A DNA stretch of 64,000 nt from Picochlorum sp. SENEW3 (taxonomy: Eukaryota). A program made the position numbers and the translations under genes. Where the stretch lies: NCBI GenBank assembly GCA_034226945.1, contig CP120455.1:310001-374000 (forward strand), given 5' to 3'. Below the pieces are notes generated by a model, which saw only the letters and a program-made list of their open reading frames with translations, did no database searches and was not told where the DNA came from. Every line of letters starts with the position of its first letter. Position 1 is the first letter of the stretch. Below, piece by piece: positions 1 to 10,770 of the stretch.

Positions 1-2
1 GA

Positions 3-1602
3 ATGCCGTCATATGAACCTTTTGTGCCGGCCTGGATCAAATATCAAGATGTGGTATTGTGTTTCCATGCCACATGTGGTAGGGGAAAGGGTGATGATGC
101 ATCGATCTTTGCTGTACGGATAGTATATCATCTGTATGACTCGACGTTTGAGGTTTTATATGATGATGGGGATTGGAAAGGGAGGGTGTTTATAAAGCGT
201 TACACGAATCAGTCTGATGTGGAGCAGTCCTGTGTCAAGGGTAGCTTTGATCCCTTCAAAATTCAGATTGGTGATTGCGTAGAGATATGTGGGCGCCCAT
301 TTACTATCAGAGATGCCGATCAACGGACGAGAGAATTCCGGGGAGATCATGGCTGTCCAATTGGGGCACCACTGCAATCTGTTAAGGATTTGGCCCAGGA
401 GAAGGACCCCACGTTGGTCCGACAGCCATGCGGTGAAAAGATTACATCCTACCTCACATGCACGAGACAGATATCTCATAGAGTTCCTCTTGATTGGAAA
501 GGCGTTGTTCTTAGATTCTGGGCCACTTGCGAGGAGGAGGAGGTGGAGGAAGGCAGATATCTGATTCAGTACTATCCTGAAGACTCGTCCATTGAGCTTC
601 GAAAATTTGTGGATCCTGGCCGATCAAAGACCTGTCGGTACTTATCTCGTACGACATTGGTTGATCCGGTCGCATCCATGATGCATGACAGTGATACAAT
701 GGTGGGCGGACCACTGCAACTGCAGGATGTCCTGGTGGGGCGGAGAGTGACAATTTGTGGCAAGCAATATTTTGTTTTCAAGACGGACGAGCCATCACTG
801 CAGTGGCTGAGAGAGAACGTTCCCAATTTGGCAGAGGATATGCATGAAGCAATCTCCATGAATGATGACCATGCTGTGGGTGATACTCGCCAGGGCAAGC
901 AACAGAAGAAGAGCTGCCAGCAGCAGGAGGAGGAGGACAATGACAATCAAGATCAGATCTCGCGCCCAGCACCACCAGGTGTCAACGAGATGCAGTTTCT
1001 GGCTCAATTCAGTACAGAAAAAGCTTCCAAGCGAGTATCACGGATTGACAAAGAGAGAAAATTTGTCATCACAGTGCATTGTGCTGATGAGACAATCTCC
1101 ATTCGGGAGATGCATCGACCAAATTCAGGAACTCTTGCTGGAAAATTCCTGGAAAGGCAAAAAGCATTTAGCACCTATACAGATAGATCGGTATGTTATT
1201 GTTGGATATGTTCCATCTTTGCTATTGCATTGTCTTCACACGTGGGTTACGATGCAATGATTGCAGAATCCAGTGAGACCTTTTGATTTCCACATTGGGG
1301 TGCATATTCAAATTTATGGCCACTGGTTTGAAGTACTTGATGCAGACGTCGCCACAATGCAATACATCGCAATAAACCCCGAGTACTTTGCGTCTATCGA
1401 TGGGTCGAAAGCTCTCGTCGATGTTGGGAACACTCTCGCATCTACCAACGTTGATGCACTGTGTCACCATCCTCCAAGGAAGCATGATCTAGATCCAATT
1501 TGGAATGGACACAGTGCACTTCTCCAAAGTCTCAAACAATCTCTTCCCCAGTATTCCATGCAACAGTTGATCAATGCTTGTATATTGTTGACTCATGAAT
1601 GA
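3..1602 (+). CDS. EFHC1/RIB72-like protein with three DM10 domains (5' end possibly incomplete, 3' end uncertain)
   Basis: DM10-like repeats: PAWIKYQDVVLCFHA, VLRFWA...YLIQYYPEDSSIELR, MQFLAQF...FVITVHCADETISIRE..PNSG..AGKFLER. Phase-0 intron 1191-1266 (GTATGT..TTGCAG) joins to NPVRPFDFHIGVHIQIYGHWFEVLDAD, completing the third repeat. Confidence 0.8.
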
Positions 1603-1716
1603 TGCATTTGTGGACTCGTCCCTTGACATGATTTTTCATGCAAACAGGTGAAAAACAAATTCACATTGCAATCAAATTACAAAATCAAACCTAAACCATC
1701 ATGGAGATCATTCATT

Positions 1717-2709
1717 TCAAGTTCTGTTCTGTAATGCTTCGCGAAGCTTTGTATTTTCAGCCTTCTCAATCTCGCACTTTTCCTTGAGTGATGCAATCTC
1801 CTCCATAAGACTCTTCTTCTTACTCTCGAGTGCCTGCATCTTTGCCTTTAGGTTCTCAATTGCACTCTTCTGCCTCATTTTACTTTTTGCTGCACTCAGT
1901 CTATTGGCTAGAATCCGCCGAGCCTTTTTAGGGTCGATATTTGGGTCCATCCGAGGGTCCATGGCTGGCTGCCTTCCACCTTTTCCTTTTCTCAGATGTG
2001 GTGCAGTCAGGAAATGAGAATGTGGCACATCATATTTCTGCGCCAAACTGCTCAAATCATTTGTTGAGTATGACTTTGGAGGCAAACGAGGCCTTGCGAC
2101 GTCTTCAGTCTGAGCCACATCCTGCTGTGCACCTTGTCCTTGTTGGTGAAGACTAAAGTTTGGCATGGATGCCACCTTGTGCACACCAGCATTTTCCCGT
2201 TTACTCGTACCCGAGGTATATCGAACACCGAAATCATCCTTCTGAAAATTATGTTGCGGAATAACGTTATGCGCCATCGCGAACTGCTCTTGAGAGAACT
2301 CCACATGCCCCTGCAGGGGTCGCTCATCCATATGATGCATCATCCCACCCAATTCTGAGTGCTCTGGAATCGGAGGAAATCCTCCTGAATACTCCCTTTC
2401 TTTTAAAAAATCTCCATTACTCTGATTGTTCATGCCTAGTAGAGCTATATCAGTGTCAAAATTTGGGCCAAGTCCATCCAATAGATCACCACCATCGTCA
2501 TCAAGAAAAAATGTTGAAGGATCCTTGGGGCTAATTATGAGTCCATCCCCATCACATGCATCCAGAATTGTATGCGTTGAATGATGATCTGTACTCCTAA
2601 ATGCATCTACAGGCACCGGAATCGATTCAGACGGTCTGAACATCTCATCCTTGCCACTCGTGTACAATTCTGCTCCCCCAAGAGAAGCATCCTCCCTCTG
2701 CTCTCCCAT
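1717..2709 (-). CDS. bZIP transcription factor (group I/VIP1-like basic region)
   Basis: DPKKARRILANRLSAAKSKMRQK followed by Leu heptads. First in-frame ATG is at 2709; the ORF-track start at 2748 is GTG. Confidence 0.85.
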   Translation of the reverse strand: MGEQREDASLGGAELYTSGKDEMFRPSESIPVPVDAFRSTDHHSTHTILDACDGDGLIISPKDPSTFFLDDDGGDLLDGLGPNFDTDIALLGMNNQSNGDFLKEREYSGGFPPIPEHSELGGMMHHMDERPLQGHVEFSQEQFAMAHNVIPQHNFQKDDFGVRYTSGTSKRENAGVHKVASMPNFSLHQQGQGAQQDVAQTEDVARPRLPPKSYSTNDLSSLAQKYDVPHSHFLTAPHLRKGKGGRQPAMDPRMDPNIDPKKARRILANRLSAAKSKMRQKSAIENLKAKMQALESKKKSLMEEIASLKEKCEIEKAENTKLREALQNRT

Positions 2710-3408
2710 GATTGTCCCACTGTACTCTGAAGAAATATCAAATGCCACTGTCGCTTAAACAGTTATACACATCTACGCAAAAAAACCATCTGCGCCTGCA
2801 TCCTACACACACGCACAAACAACCGTTGAGCATTCATGTCAACCTGATCAGAGGGCAACCCTTGCGTCAGTCTTGGGATAGGCTGGGTCTGACCAACACA
2901 GCGATTCGCCTCAATACACACAATATAACACATTCATTGGACAGATACATGTCTTTGTACATCTAGGAAATCATAAAAACCCTAACAAGACCCAAGTATG
3001 TGTAGAAAAGATGCAACCGAACGTCCTGAGCGACATGTCCTTGTACCACATCACACATGTCACAACTCGACGCACGAACAATCCTGCAACACACTTTACG
3101 CACCTCAACAACTAGTATATCCTAAAATATGCACAATGCACTGCACGAGGTACTATACATCTGCAGAAGGCACGTATTCCATCGTGATTACCCACTTTGA
3201 AATGGATTTTGCGGGGTCAGGGAACCATGTCCGATCAATTCAAGTTTGGATGGGACTGAAAACCAAACCCTTGTGGTGATATTCCCTGCTCACAAAACCA
3301 AGCTTAGGTAGCACAGAAAGGCGATATTCTCCATTACATTTGTATAAAATCACATTGTTATACCATGGTGTAGTGCCATTGTGCTCTTTTTGAAACCTAA
3401 CAACCACC

Positions 3409-4872
3409 ATGTTGAATTCTCTCTCATCTGGAAAAGGGTTATTTTCTCTCAATCCTGGTCAGAATGTAGGTCCATTTGTGATCGATATGTCTCTTAATGA
3501 TGCTGTACAAGCTATTGAATCGCGAGAAGATGGAGACGAGGCGTTTGGCTTGGTAAAGGTCTCTTCAAGTGGAGAGGGAACGCCAGTGTTGCTGGATTTG
3601 GTTGACATTGGCATTCTCTTGTGGTTTGATGCCTTCTCACAGCGATTGAGATGCATTGAGATTGCTGATGCGTCTCGTATACCGGGTAGACTGGTCTGTC
3701 GGGGAGTTGTATTTGAAAAGAATACCAGGCCAGTGACCTATGGGACCTTGTACAATGCGTATGGGTGTACCACGGATCAGGAGATTGATGAAAAGAAGCG
3801 TGTGAAGCCATTGGTATATCCTGGATTATTAGGGCTGTTTAAAATTGATGACGAATGCTCATCTGTGTCGGAATACGAGGCAACGTCCATTTTTGTGTTG
3901 CCACAGGATGCTGCTCCTGTGTCTTCTCGGGAGCATGTGTTTGAGTCGTCTATACTGGGACGACAAAGTGAACAAGAGCATAGTGCTATGTGGATTGTTG
4001 TGTTGGGAAAGGGTATGTGGAGGGAGGATGGCTCGTCAAATGGTAGAGTGGCGGGTTGCTGCATACGATTTGGTGTTGATACACCCCAGGACATTCTTCA
4101 CATTCTTGGGCTTCCAGAGGATGTTCACAAGAAGAGAATGAAAACAGTGTCGAATGGAGATGAATACGTTTTCAATTATTATAAACAGGGGCTTGATGTT
4201 GTATTTGATGGGCAGCGACACGTCGTCAAGACGTGCGTGTTGCACACAAATACCACCAGGCATGCAGAGTTTGGTCGGTATGATCCTGCACTGTTTTCTC
4301 TTGTCCCATCAGACATGTACACACTCGAATCCGATGGATGCTCGAATAGTGGATCTTCAGAAGATGGGGTAGAGTCGAGTAAATTGAACCAGGCGATTCA
4401 GGCAATCAAGTCGAATCACATGAGAGAACTGCTTGCAGATGCTGAGTACACAGAGGCAAGCTCTGGGAGTCAGTCAGCATGGGTCAGTGCGGCAAGTTCT
4501 CCAGGGATGAGTACCCCCAACTTTGGTCCAATTGCCCAACAACATGAGGCAAAAGCAAAACAGCACAAGCGAAAAACAAATAAGAAAAAGACAAAGCAGC
4601 AACAGCAACAACAGCAAGAAGAAAAGAATGTTACCTTTGGTGTGTCAAATTTCTACACAATTGATAGGTTTGAAGACATGTTTGGAGACTGTCTCCAAGG
4701 CAAGCCATCAATTATATATTGGAACCTTGACACATCGCGAACATCAACAAAAACGGCGACGGCCTTGGCAAAATCCTTCCTGTACAAATTCCCAGACCAA
4801 GGCCTGGATGTAGAATACGCCTCAGATGGCACGCTTGCAGCAGTGTATCTCTCAGCAACAGCACACTCGTAA
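3409..4872 (+). CDS. UPF0183 / PHAF1 (C16orf70)-like protein
   Basis: PGQNVGPFVIDMSLNDA; LWFDAFSQRLRCIEI; TPQDILHILGLP; YVFNYYKQGLDVVFDG..HVVKTCVLHTN...HAEFGRY. Confidence 0.85.
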   Translation: MLNSLSSGKGLFSLNPGQNVGPFVIDMSLNDAVQAIESREDGDEAFGLVKVSSSGEGTPVLLDLVDIGILLWFDAFSQRLRCIEIADASRIPGRLVCRGVVFEKNTRPVTYGTLYNAYGCTTDQEIDEKKRVKPLVYPGLLGLFKIDDECSSVSEYEATSIFVLPQDAAPVSSREHVFESSILGRQSEQEHSAMWIVVLGKGMWREDGSSNGRVAGCCIRFGVDTPQDILHILGLPEDVHKKRMKTVSNGDEYVFNYYKQGLDVVFDGQRHVVKTCVLHTNTTRHAEFGRYDPALFSLVPSDMYTLESDGCSNSGSSEDGVESSKLNQAIQAIKSNHMRELLADAEYTEASSGSQSAWVSAASSPGMSTPNFGPIAQQHEAKAKQHKRKTNKKKTKQQQQQQQEEKNVTFGVSNFYTIDRFEDMFGDCLQGKPSIIYWNLDTSRTSTKTATALAKSFLYKFPDQGLDVEYASDGTLAAVYLSATAHS

Positions 4873-4909
4873 TGGGTGTATTACAGACTATTATTATAAT
4901 TGTGAACAA

Positions 4910-4978
4910 AAGATTGCTTTCATGCCTCAGTTGTGTAAAATCATACACATGCTTGATGATGGCAGTCATAAAATCTCA
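4910..4978 (-). promoter_or_regulatory. SECIS element (type II) in the SELT 3' UTR
   Basis: Minus strand reads GAGAUU-UU-AUGAC-UGCCAUCA-UC-AA-GCA-UGUGUA-UGAUUU-UACACA-AC-UGAGGCA-UGAA-AGC-AAUCUU: helix I, AUGA/GA core, helix II, unpaired AA and apical mini-stem. UGUAA follows at 4885-4881. Confidence 0.85.
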
Positions 4979-4990
4979 GTCACATGTCCA

Positions 4991-5536
4991 TTACTGGGAT
5001 TTGCCCATAATTTGCTCAATCCCCCTCAAAATCTCCTCCATATTACTAGGCATGCGTCCTGTCGCAAGTTTACTGAACACCAACGAATTGTCAAAATAAA
5101 TTTCAAACGCGCCCGTCGAGGTCAGGGCATTATTCACTGTATTACCAATGAACCATGCCCCCATTAGTATCATCATCTTCTTCTCCTTCACCTCTGGAGG
5201 AATGGTGATGTTCAGAGCATTACCCAACTGATCCATCAGCAACGCCGCACCCATCACTCCCATCTGAATCATCGTCACAATTTTAGACAGGAATGCATTC
5301 GTCGGAGTCGGGGGGTAATTCTCCATGACAAAGTCTATATTTTCAGGTCCTAGGTGCTGCCTCAGATACTGTTGAACCTGCATCGCAGCACCTCTGTAGG
5401 ATCAACTTTTACAGAATTGTAACAAAATCCGTGATTTATCGAGTCCAGAGGAGGAATCTGTCGCCGCGTTTACAGAAGGCATCACGCTTGCATGAAATAA
5501 AAGCAAAACAGATAGGATATAATAGATACACTTCAT
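4991..5536 (-). CDS. SELT: Selenoprotein T (Rdx family), Sec at codon 45
   Basis: ATG 5536 gives MKCIYYILSVLLLFHASVMPSVNA (signal peptide)...LLQFCKS-TGA(5404-5402)-SYRGAAMQVQQYL, in frame with the SelT body (ENYPP, LTSTGAFEIYFD, FSKLATGRMP). 181 aa. Confidence 0.93.
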
Positions 5537-5832
5537 CGGTGTACTTTTGAATAATAACTTTTTATTAAATTATCATTCTGACCTAGAGACATGGGCATGA
5601 TTCCATAACTGACGTAAACCCGAACCTGGGATGTTTTGAATTCCGATCGAGCGAATTAAAAAACAGCAAACAGTAGAAATCCTGACTTGGCACATTTCGT
5701 GGCACCTTGTCCTTGTTTGATTTCCTAGCTGTCCAAGATTGGCCATACCATTTCAAAATTAAACTCATTCTTCAATTTTACAACCATATTGGACCTCGTC
5801 GTCTCATTCATGCGACGAGGCGAGTCACAGAC

Positions 5833-6742
5833 ATGGTTCACAAGCTGAATAGTGTCTTCCTCACACCACCTCCTGGGCCATCAATGGCTGAGCAGTTGTC
5901 AGGAAGTACTCCGCAGACATCGGCAGTGATTGTACTGAATTGGAAGCTCCCTAAGATATCAACGACGGTGTTGGAGCAAGGTATGTATGTTATTTGTATA
6001 GAGAGAGTTGAGGAACAACATTCTGTGCACGTCAGACTAGATAAACAATGGAATCCTGTGTGTAGCGTCGATATGCGTGTGTGCTGATGGTGGAGCGAAT
6101 CGCTTGTATGATGAAATTCCAAAGTTGCTGCCAAATGAGGACGCGGCCGCTGTGAGGAAAAGGTTCATGCCGCATGTGATTGCAGGGGATTTGGATAGTG
6201 TCCGGGATGATGTGAGAGAGTATTATGGCAGCTTGGGAGTCCCTGTTGTGGATCTTTCACACGATCAAGACTCGACCGATCTCATGAAGAGTATAGATTT
6301 CCTGACAAATTCGGGCGCCTGGAAAGAGCATGATGCATTGTCTCGTGTAAAAGAGTCATTGGGGGGTGGTGCCCACCCAGAATACAATGTCATTGTCGCT
6401 TTAGGCGCTCATGGTGGTCGACTAGATCATATACTAGGTAACCTATCGATACTTCACATGTATAGAGATATTCCTCTTGTCCTGTGTGGAGATGGCAATG
6501 TGACACGGCTTGTCAGGCGAGGCCAGACAGAGATTACACCATCGCCCATGGAAGGGCCCATGTGCGGCTTGGTCCCACTTGGAGGCCAAGCTACTGCGAG
6601 CAGTACAGGATTAAAATGGAACTTGAAGGATACAAAGATGCAGATAGGTGGCCTCGTGAGCACGTGTAATAGGATCCAGGATGCCACTGTGTGGATTGAA
6701 TCCGACGCTGATTTAGTGTGGACAACTGAACTCACTGAATGA
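5833..6742 (+). CDS. TPK1: Thiamine pyrophosphokinase
   Basis: VIVLNWKLP; intron 5981-6065; VCADGGANRLYD, GDLDSV, DQDSTDLMK, GAHGGRLDH, GLKWNL, GGLVSTCN. Confidence 0.95.
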
Positions 6743-6818
6743 ATACGCCTCGGCGGAGAAACAAAAATTATGAAATGATTCTATCGGTTTATTTTACAAA
6801 TATCTGTATGCTACATTA

Positions 6819-7805
6819 TCAAAATGAATCTTTCGCTCTGCGAATCACACCAAATGCCTCTGCATTGCTCGCAGATTCTGGTATGTTCAAAGATGCTCTA
6901 ATCTCCTTGGAATCCGGCCTCAGGAACGGATTCGTCTCCAGCTCCACACCCATCACCGACGGTATCGTGGGAATTCCTTTGGAACGAGCTTCTTCGACCT
7001 CTTTAAATCGCCTCTGCAATGCTGCATTGTTTGGCTCAACATGCATGGCAAACTTGGCATTGCTCAGCGTGTATTCATGAGCACAATACACACGGGTATC
7101 AGCATCGAGCGGTACAAGTTTCGACAACGATGCCCACATTTGCTCTGGAGTCCCCTCAAATAATCGACCACACCCCATGGAGAATAATGTATCGCCAGGA
7201 AATAATGCATGAACTTCTGGGAGATGGAACGTGATGTGACCTTGCGTATGCCCAGGTGTATCATAACACACAATGCGAACATTCCCCAGCATGTACTCAT
7301 CCCCATCTCCAAGAGCCACATCAATGCCAGGTATTCGATCCTCATCTGCCTTTGGACCAACAATACACACATTGAATGTGTCCTTGAGAATCTCATTCGC
7401 CCCTGTATGATCCCAGTGATGATGAGTATTCAATATATGAGACAGAGTCCACCCCTTGTCCTTCAACGCAGCCACAACAGGGGCTTCTTCCGCAGGATCA
7501 ACAACAGCCGTCTTCCCAGTCGCATGATCATGAATAATCCATGAGTAGTTATCCTTGAGACAGGGAACTCGTTCAACTGAGACGTCTCCTACACCAGATC
7601 CCATTGTTGCCGCACAATATGAATGATACGGAGAATGAAATGCGCTACAATTAGTTGTATTCTTGATACGAGAAGAAGCGCACAAGGAGGAACTGGAATA
7701 CGTGGGCAGTTCTGATACAACAACACAGTGACGCTGCCACGTCGATATCCTCTGAACCGAGTTCAATGTCCGATATATACGAGTGGTCGATGATAATGCT
7801 CTCAT
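6819..7805 (-). CDS. GLX2: Hydroxyacylglutathione hydrolase (glyoxalase II), organelle-targeted
   Basis: THHHWDHTG metallo-beta-lactamase motif, TPGHT, FPGDTLF, GCGRLFEG, YCAHEYT, TNPFLR; Ser/Arg-rich N-terminus from ATG 7805. Confidence 0.93.
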   Translation of the reverse strand: MRALSSTTRIYRTLNSVQRISTWQRHCVVVSELPTYSSSSLCASSRIKNTTNCSAFHSPYHSYCAATMGSGVGDVSVERVPCLKDNYSWIIHDHATGKTAVVDPAEEAPVVAALKDKGWTLSHILNTHHHWDHTGANEILKDTFNVCIVGPKADEDRIPGIDVALGDGDEYMLGNVRIVCYDTPGHTQGHITFHLPEVHALFPGDTLFSMGCGRLFEGTPEQMWASLSKLVPLDADTRVYCAHEYTLSNAKFAMHVEPNNAALQRRFKEVEEARSKGIPTIPSVMGVELETNPFLRPDSKEIRASLNIPESASNAEAFGVIRRAKDSF

Positions 7806-7995
7806 ACTATAATTCTTGTGAGGCAAACAGGAGGCTACAGGGAAGGTTGCTTTTCTGATGCCAGTCTTAAATACCCTAATAAAATAATTAGGGTATTTTG
7901 GTCTCAAGCCTCATGGAGGAGGCCATGATGGTTTTCGAAGACTTGAAAGCCAGAGACCCAGCTCCAATCGGCATTTTCAATACCTAATTGTCACT

Positions 7996-9399
7996 ATGAA
8001 CAATACCAGGAGAGGAGCAGAGACGCGACAGCGTGTTCTCGCGAATCACATTTGTTCCGACGCCACGCGTCTTCATGAATCTTCAGCTTTTATCGCAAAC
8101 CCTACCTCTGTCGGGGATTCAGCTGCATATACACGACATCCAGTGAATTTAGATGATGTCGTTATTGTCAGCGCATGCCGTACGCCTTTGTGTCGTGCCA
8201 AGCGTGGGGGACTCAGGGACACGCCAGCGGATGATCTTGTTGCTACGGTTCTGAAGGAGACGCTGAAGAGGACTGGAGTGGAGCCAGATGCAGTTGGTGA
8301 TATTGTCATGGGTTCTGTTCTTGGTCCGTCGAGTCAGCGGGCGAACGAGTGCCGCATGGCGATGTTTTATGCTGGGTTCCCAGAGAGTGTGCCAGTGCAT
8401 ACTGTAAACAGGCAGTGCTCATCTGGGCTTCAAGCTATCGCGTCGGTGGCTGCGGCTATAAAATCTGGATATTATACTATTGGGATTGCTGGGGGTGTGG
8501 AGACGATGAGTACGAATCCAATGACATGGGAGGGAGGGGTGAATCCAAAAGTGGCAGAGAATCAGTGTGCTGCCGACTGCTTGTTGCCCATGGGAATGAC
8601 GTCTGAGAATGTTGCGGAGAGATTTGGTGTGGATAAGAATGTCCAAGATGCTTTTGCGGTCGCCTCTCATAAGAAGGCTGCAGCAGCGAGAGCTGCAGGC
8701 AAGTTTAAGGATGAAATTGTTCCTGTGGCAACAGTGCTCAAGGATCCAAAGACTGGGGAGGAGAAGCGTGTGGTTATTACAGAAGATGATGGTATTCGGC
8801 CTGGAACATCCATGGCGACCTTGAAGAAGCTGCCAACGGTGTTTAAGAAGAATGGGTCGACAACAGCAGGGAATGCATCTCAGGTGACAGATGGAGCGTC
8901 TGCTGTGATGCTCATGACTCGCAGAGAAGCTTATGCAGAGGGGCTTCCGGTGTTGCTTGTATTCCGTAGTTTTTCTGCAGTAGGGGTTCCTCCAGCCATC
9001 ATGGGGATAGGACCTGCTGCTGCAATCCCTGAAGCAGTGCGTGCTGCTGGTCTGACCTTGGATGATATTGATGTGTATGAGATCAATGAAGCGTTTGCGT
9101 CACAAGCCAAATATTCGGTTGATCACTTGGGGATTGATGAAGACAAGGTTAATCCAAATGGCGGTGCTATTGCTCTAGGACACCCTCTCGGATGTACAGG
9201 GTCCCGACAGACCGCCACACTGGCGTATGAGATGCTGCGTCGAGGCAACCGAGCAAGGTTTGGAGTGGTGTCAATGTGCATTGGAAGTGGAATGGGTGCC
9301 GCGGCTGTGTTTGAATCAGGAAGCAATGCCGAGATGAATACAAACATGAGAACAGACCCTCGGCTTTCTGTCGGTCTTTCCAAAGACGCTGTTGTGTAA
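7996..9399 (+). CDS. KAT2: Peroxisomal 3-ketoacyl-CoA thiolase
   Basis: PTS2-like RQRVLANHI; NRQCSSGLQA, EINEAFASQ, GHPLGCTG, SMCIGSGMG. Confidence 0.95.
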   Translation: MNNTRRGAETRQRVLANHICSDATRLHESSAFIANPTSVGDSAAYTRHPVNLDDVVIVSACRTPLCRAKRGGLRDTPADDLVATVLKETLKRTGVEPDAVGDIVMGSVLGPSSQRANECRMAMFYAGFPESVPVHTVNRQCSSGLQAIASVAAAIKSGYYTIGIAGGVETMSTNPMTWEGGVNPKVAENQCAADCLLPMGMTSENVAERFGVDKNVQDAFAVASHKKAAAARAAGKFKDEIVPVATVLKDPKTGEEKRVVITEDDGIRPGTSMATLKKLPTVFKKNGSTTAGNASQVTDGASAVMLMTRREAYAEGLPVLLVFRSFSAVGVPPAIMGIGPAAAIPEAVRAAGLTLDDIDVYEINEAFASQAKYSVDHLGIDEDKVNPNGGAIALGHPLGCTGSRQTATLAYEMLRRGNRARFGVVSMCIGSGMGAAAVFESGSNAEMNTNMRTDPRLSVGLSKDAVV

Positions 9400-9420
9400 A
9401 TCAATTCCGTTTACAAATAT

Positions 9421-9759
9421 TCATGATGAAATCAAGTGCTCTATTGTGGCTTTCAGATCGCCTTTACATTCTTTTAACGCCCGCTCTGCCTGCCTCTGGT
9501 GCATGTCAAACTGATTTTTGATGATCCTGACATGGTCTTCTTCTACCTTGACAGATGCCAACTCTCTCTCTATTTTCAAAGCTTCTTGCTTTGCCGCTTG
9601 CTGCTGTGCAGCCAATTTACTCATAGCTTGTTGAATTTTAGACGTGTCTGCGCCTTGAAGCTCTCTCTGTTCCACATTATCAGTGACTTTGTCCAACTGG
9701 GCATGTTCCTGTTCTTTCATATGTTGCCCTCGACCGGCATCTTCTCTCGTATCCGCCAT
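9421..9759 (-). CDS. HYPK: Huntingtin-interacting protein K-like (NAC-type UBA)
   Basis: LDKVTDNVEQREL...ERELASVKVEEDHVRII...AERALKECKGDLKATIEHLI. Confidence 0.85.
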   Translation of the reverse strand: MADTREDAGRGQHMKEQEHAQLDKVTDNVEQRELQGADTSKIQQAMSKLAAQQQAAKQEALKIERELASVKVEEDHVRIIKNQFDMHQRQAERALKECKGDLKATIEHLISS

Positions 9760-10018
9760 ATTTTTGGTAATTTTTTGACCATGTCTGAGATTGATGCAAT
9801 TCAAACTCAATTCTAATCAAGAAATGCACGCTTGAATATCGTGGGATGATTGTGTAACGCGACCTATCCAAGGCGTGTGTTGATGGGAAGAAGTGATGGA
9901 AACTTTCGCTGCCCTGAGCCATCGCCGCACATGGAGGTGAGATACTACGACAAGAAGATTGGACTGTGGACAAGGCCGAGTTCAATACTATTTGATACAT
10001 AGATATAAGAGATCCACG

Positions 10019-10724
10019 ATGCAGACATCAACAGGACTGAGAACGACTTTCAGCACGGTACGTCGACTGCTGTAACGAGTGCTTCTATATGCCCGAGAAT
10101 AGCGCAGATGCAGCATTCTCACATTTCTACGATATTCGTATGTAAAATGTACCAAGAATAGTTGACCAGCGTCATCTAATTCGTGCTATGCAGAAGCCAA
10201 GCAAGGCTGTGGCCTCCCCTTCTCGTCGCGGGCTTCGCGTCGTTGCCCAGCGCGCAGTGACCAAAAAGGTGCAGGTGGTGCTTACAAAGCAGGTCCCTAG
10301 CCTCGGTAATGAGGGTGAGCTCAAATCTGTGCCAACGGGATACTACAGAAACTACCTCAAGCCACAAGGATATGCCGCTCTGGCGACTGAAAACATCTTA
10401 GAGGAGATTCAGAGGCAAAAGGCAGTTGAAGAGCGTGCTCGTATGGAAGAGAAGGCAAAGGCACAGGCTATGGCTACAGCATTATCCACAATTGGCAAGT
10501 TTGTCATCAAGAAGAAGGTGGGAGAGGGTGATCAAATCTTTGGCTCTGTCAGCGCAGCTGATGTTGTTGAAGCCATCAAAATGCAGACAGGCAGAGAGGT
10601 AGAGAAGCGCAGCGTCACGCTTCCAGAAATCAAGACTCTAGGAACATATGATGCAACTGTCAAGCTCCACGCAGAGGTTGTCGGAAGCTTCAAGGTGGTT
10701 GTGCAGAAGGACACAAGTGCATGA
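10019..10724 (+). CDS. PRPL9: Plastid ribosomal protein L9
   Basis: Exon 1 MQTSTGLRTTFST, intron 10058-10193; transit peptide; LGNEGELKSVPTGYYRNYLKPQG, IFGSVS, IKTLGTY. Confidence 0.93.
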
Positions 10725-10770
10725 TTTCATACATTTCTGATTTCTAGTGTTGTAACGTTACAGTATATGG

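Noticed and set aside
2975..2986. AAACCCTAA telomere-like word
   Set aside because: Single copy; at most a telo-box. No array and no telomerase-RNA context.
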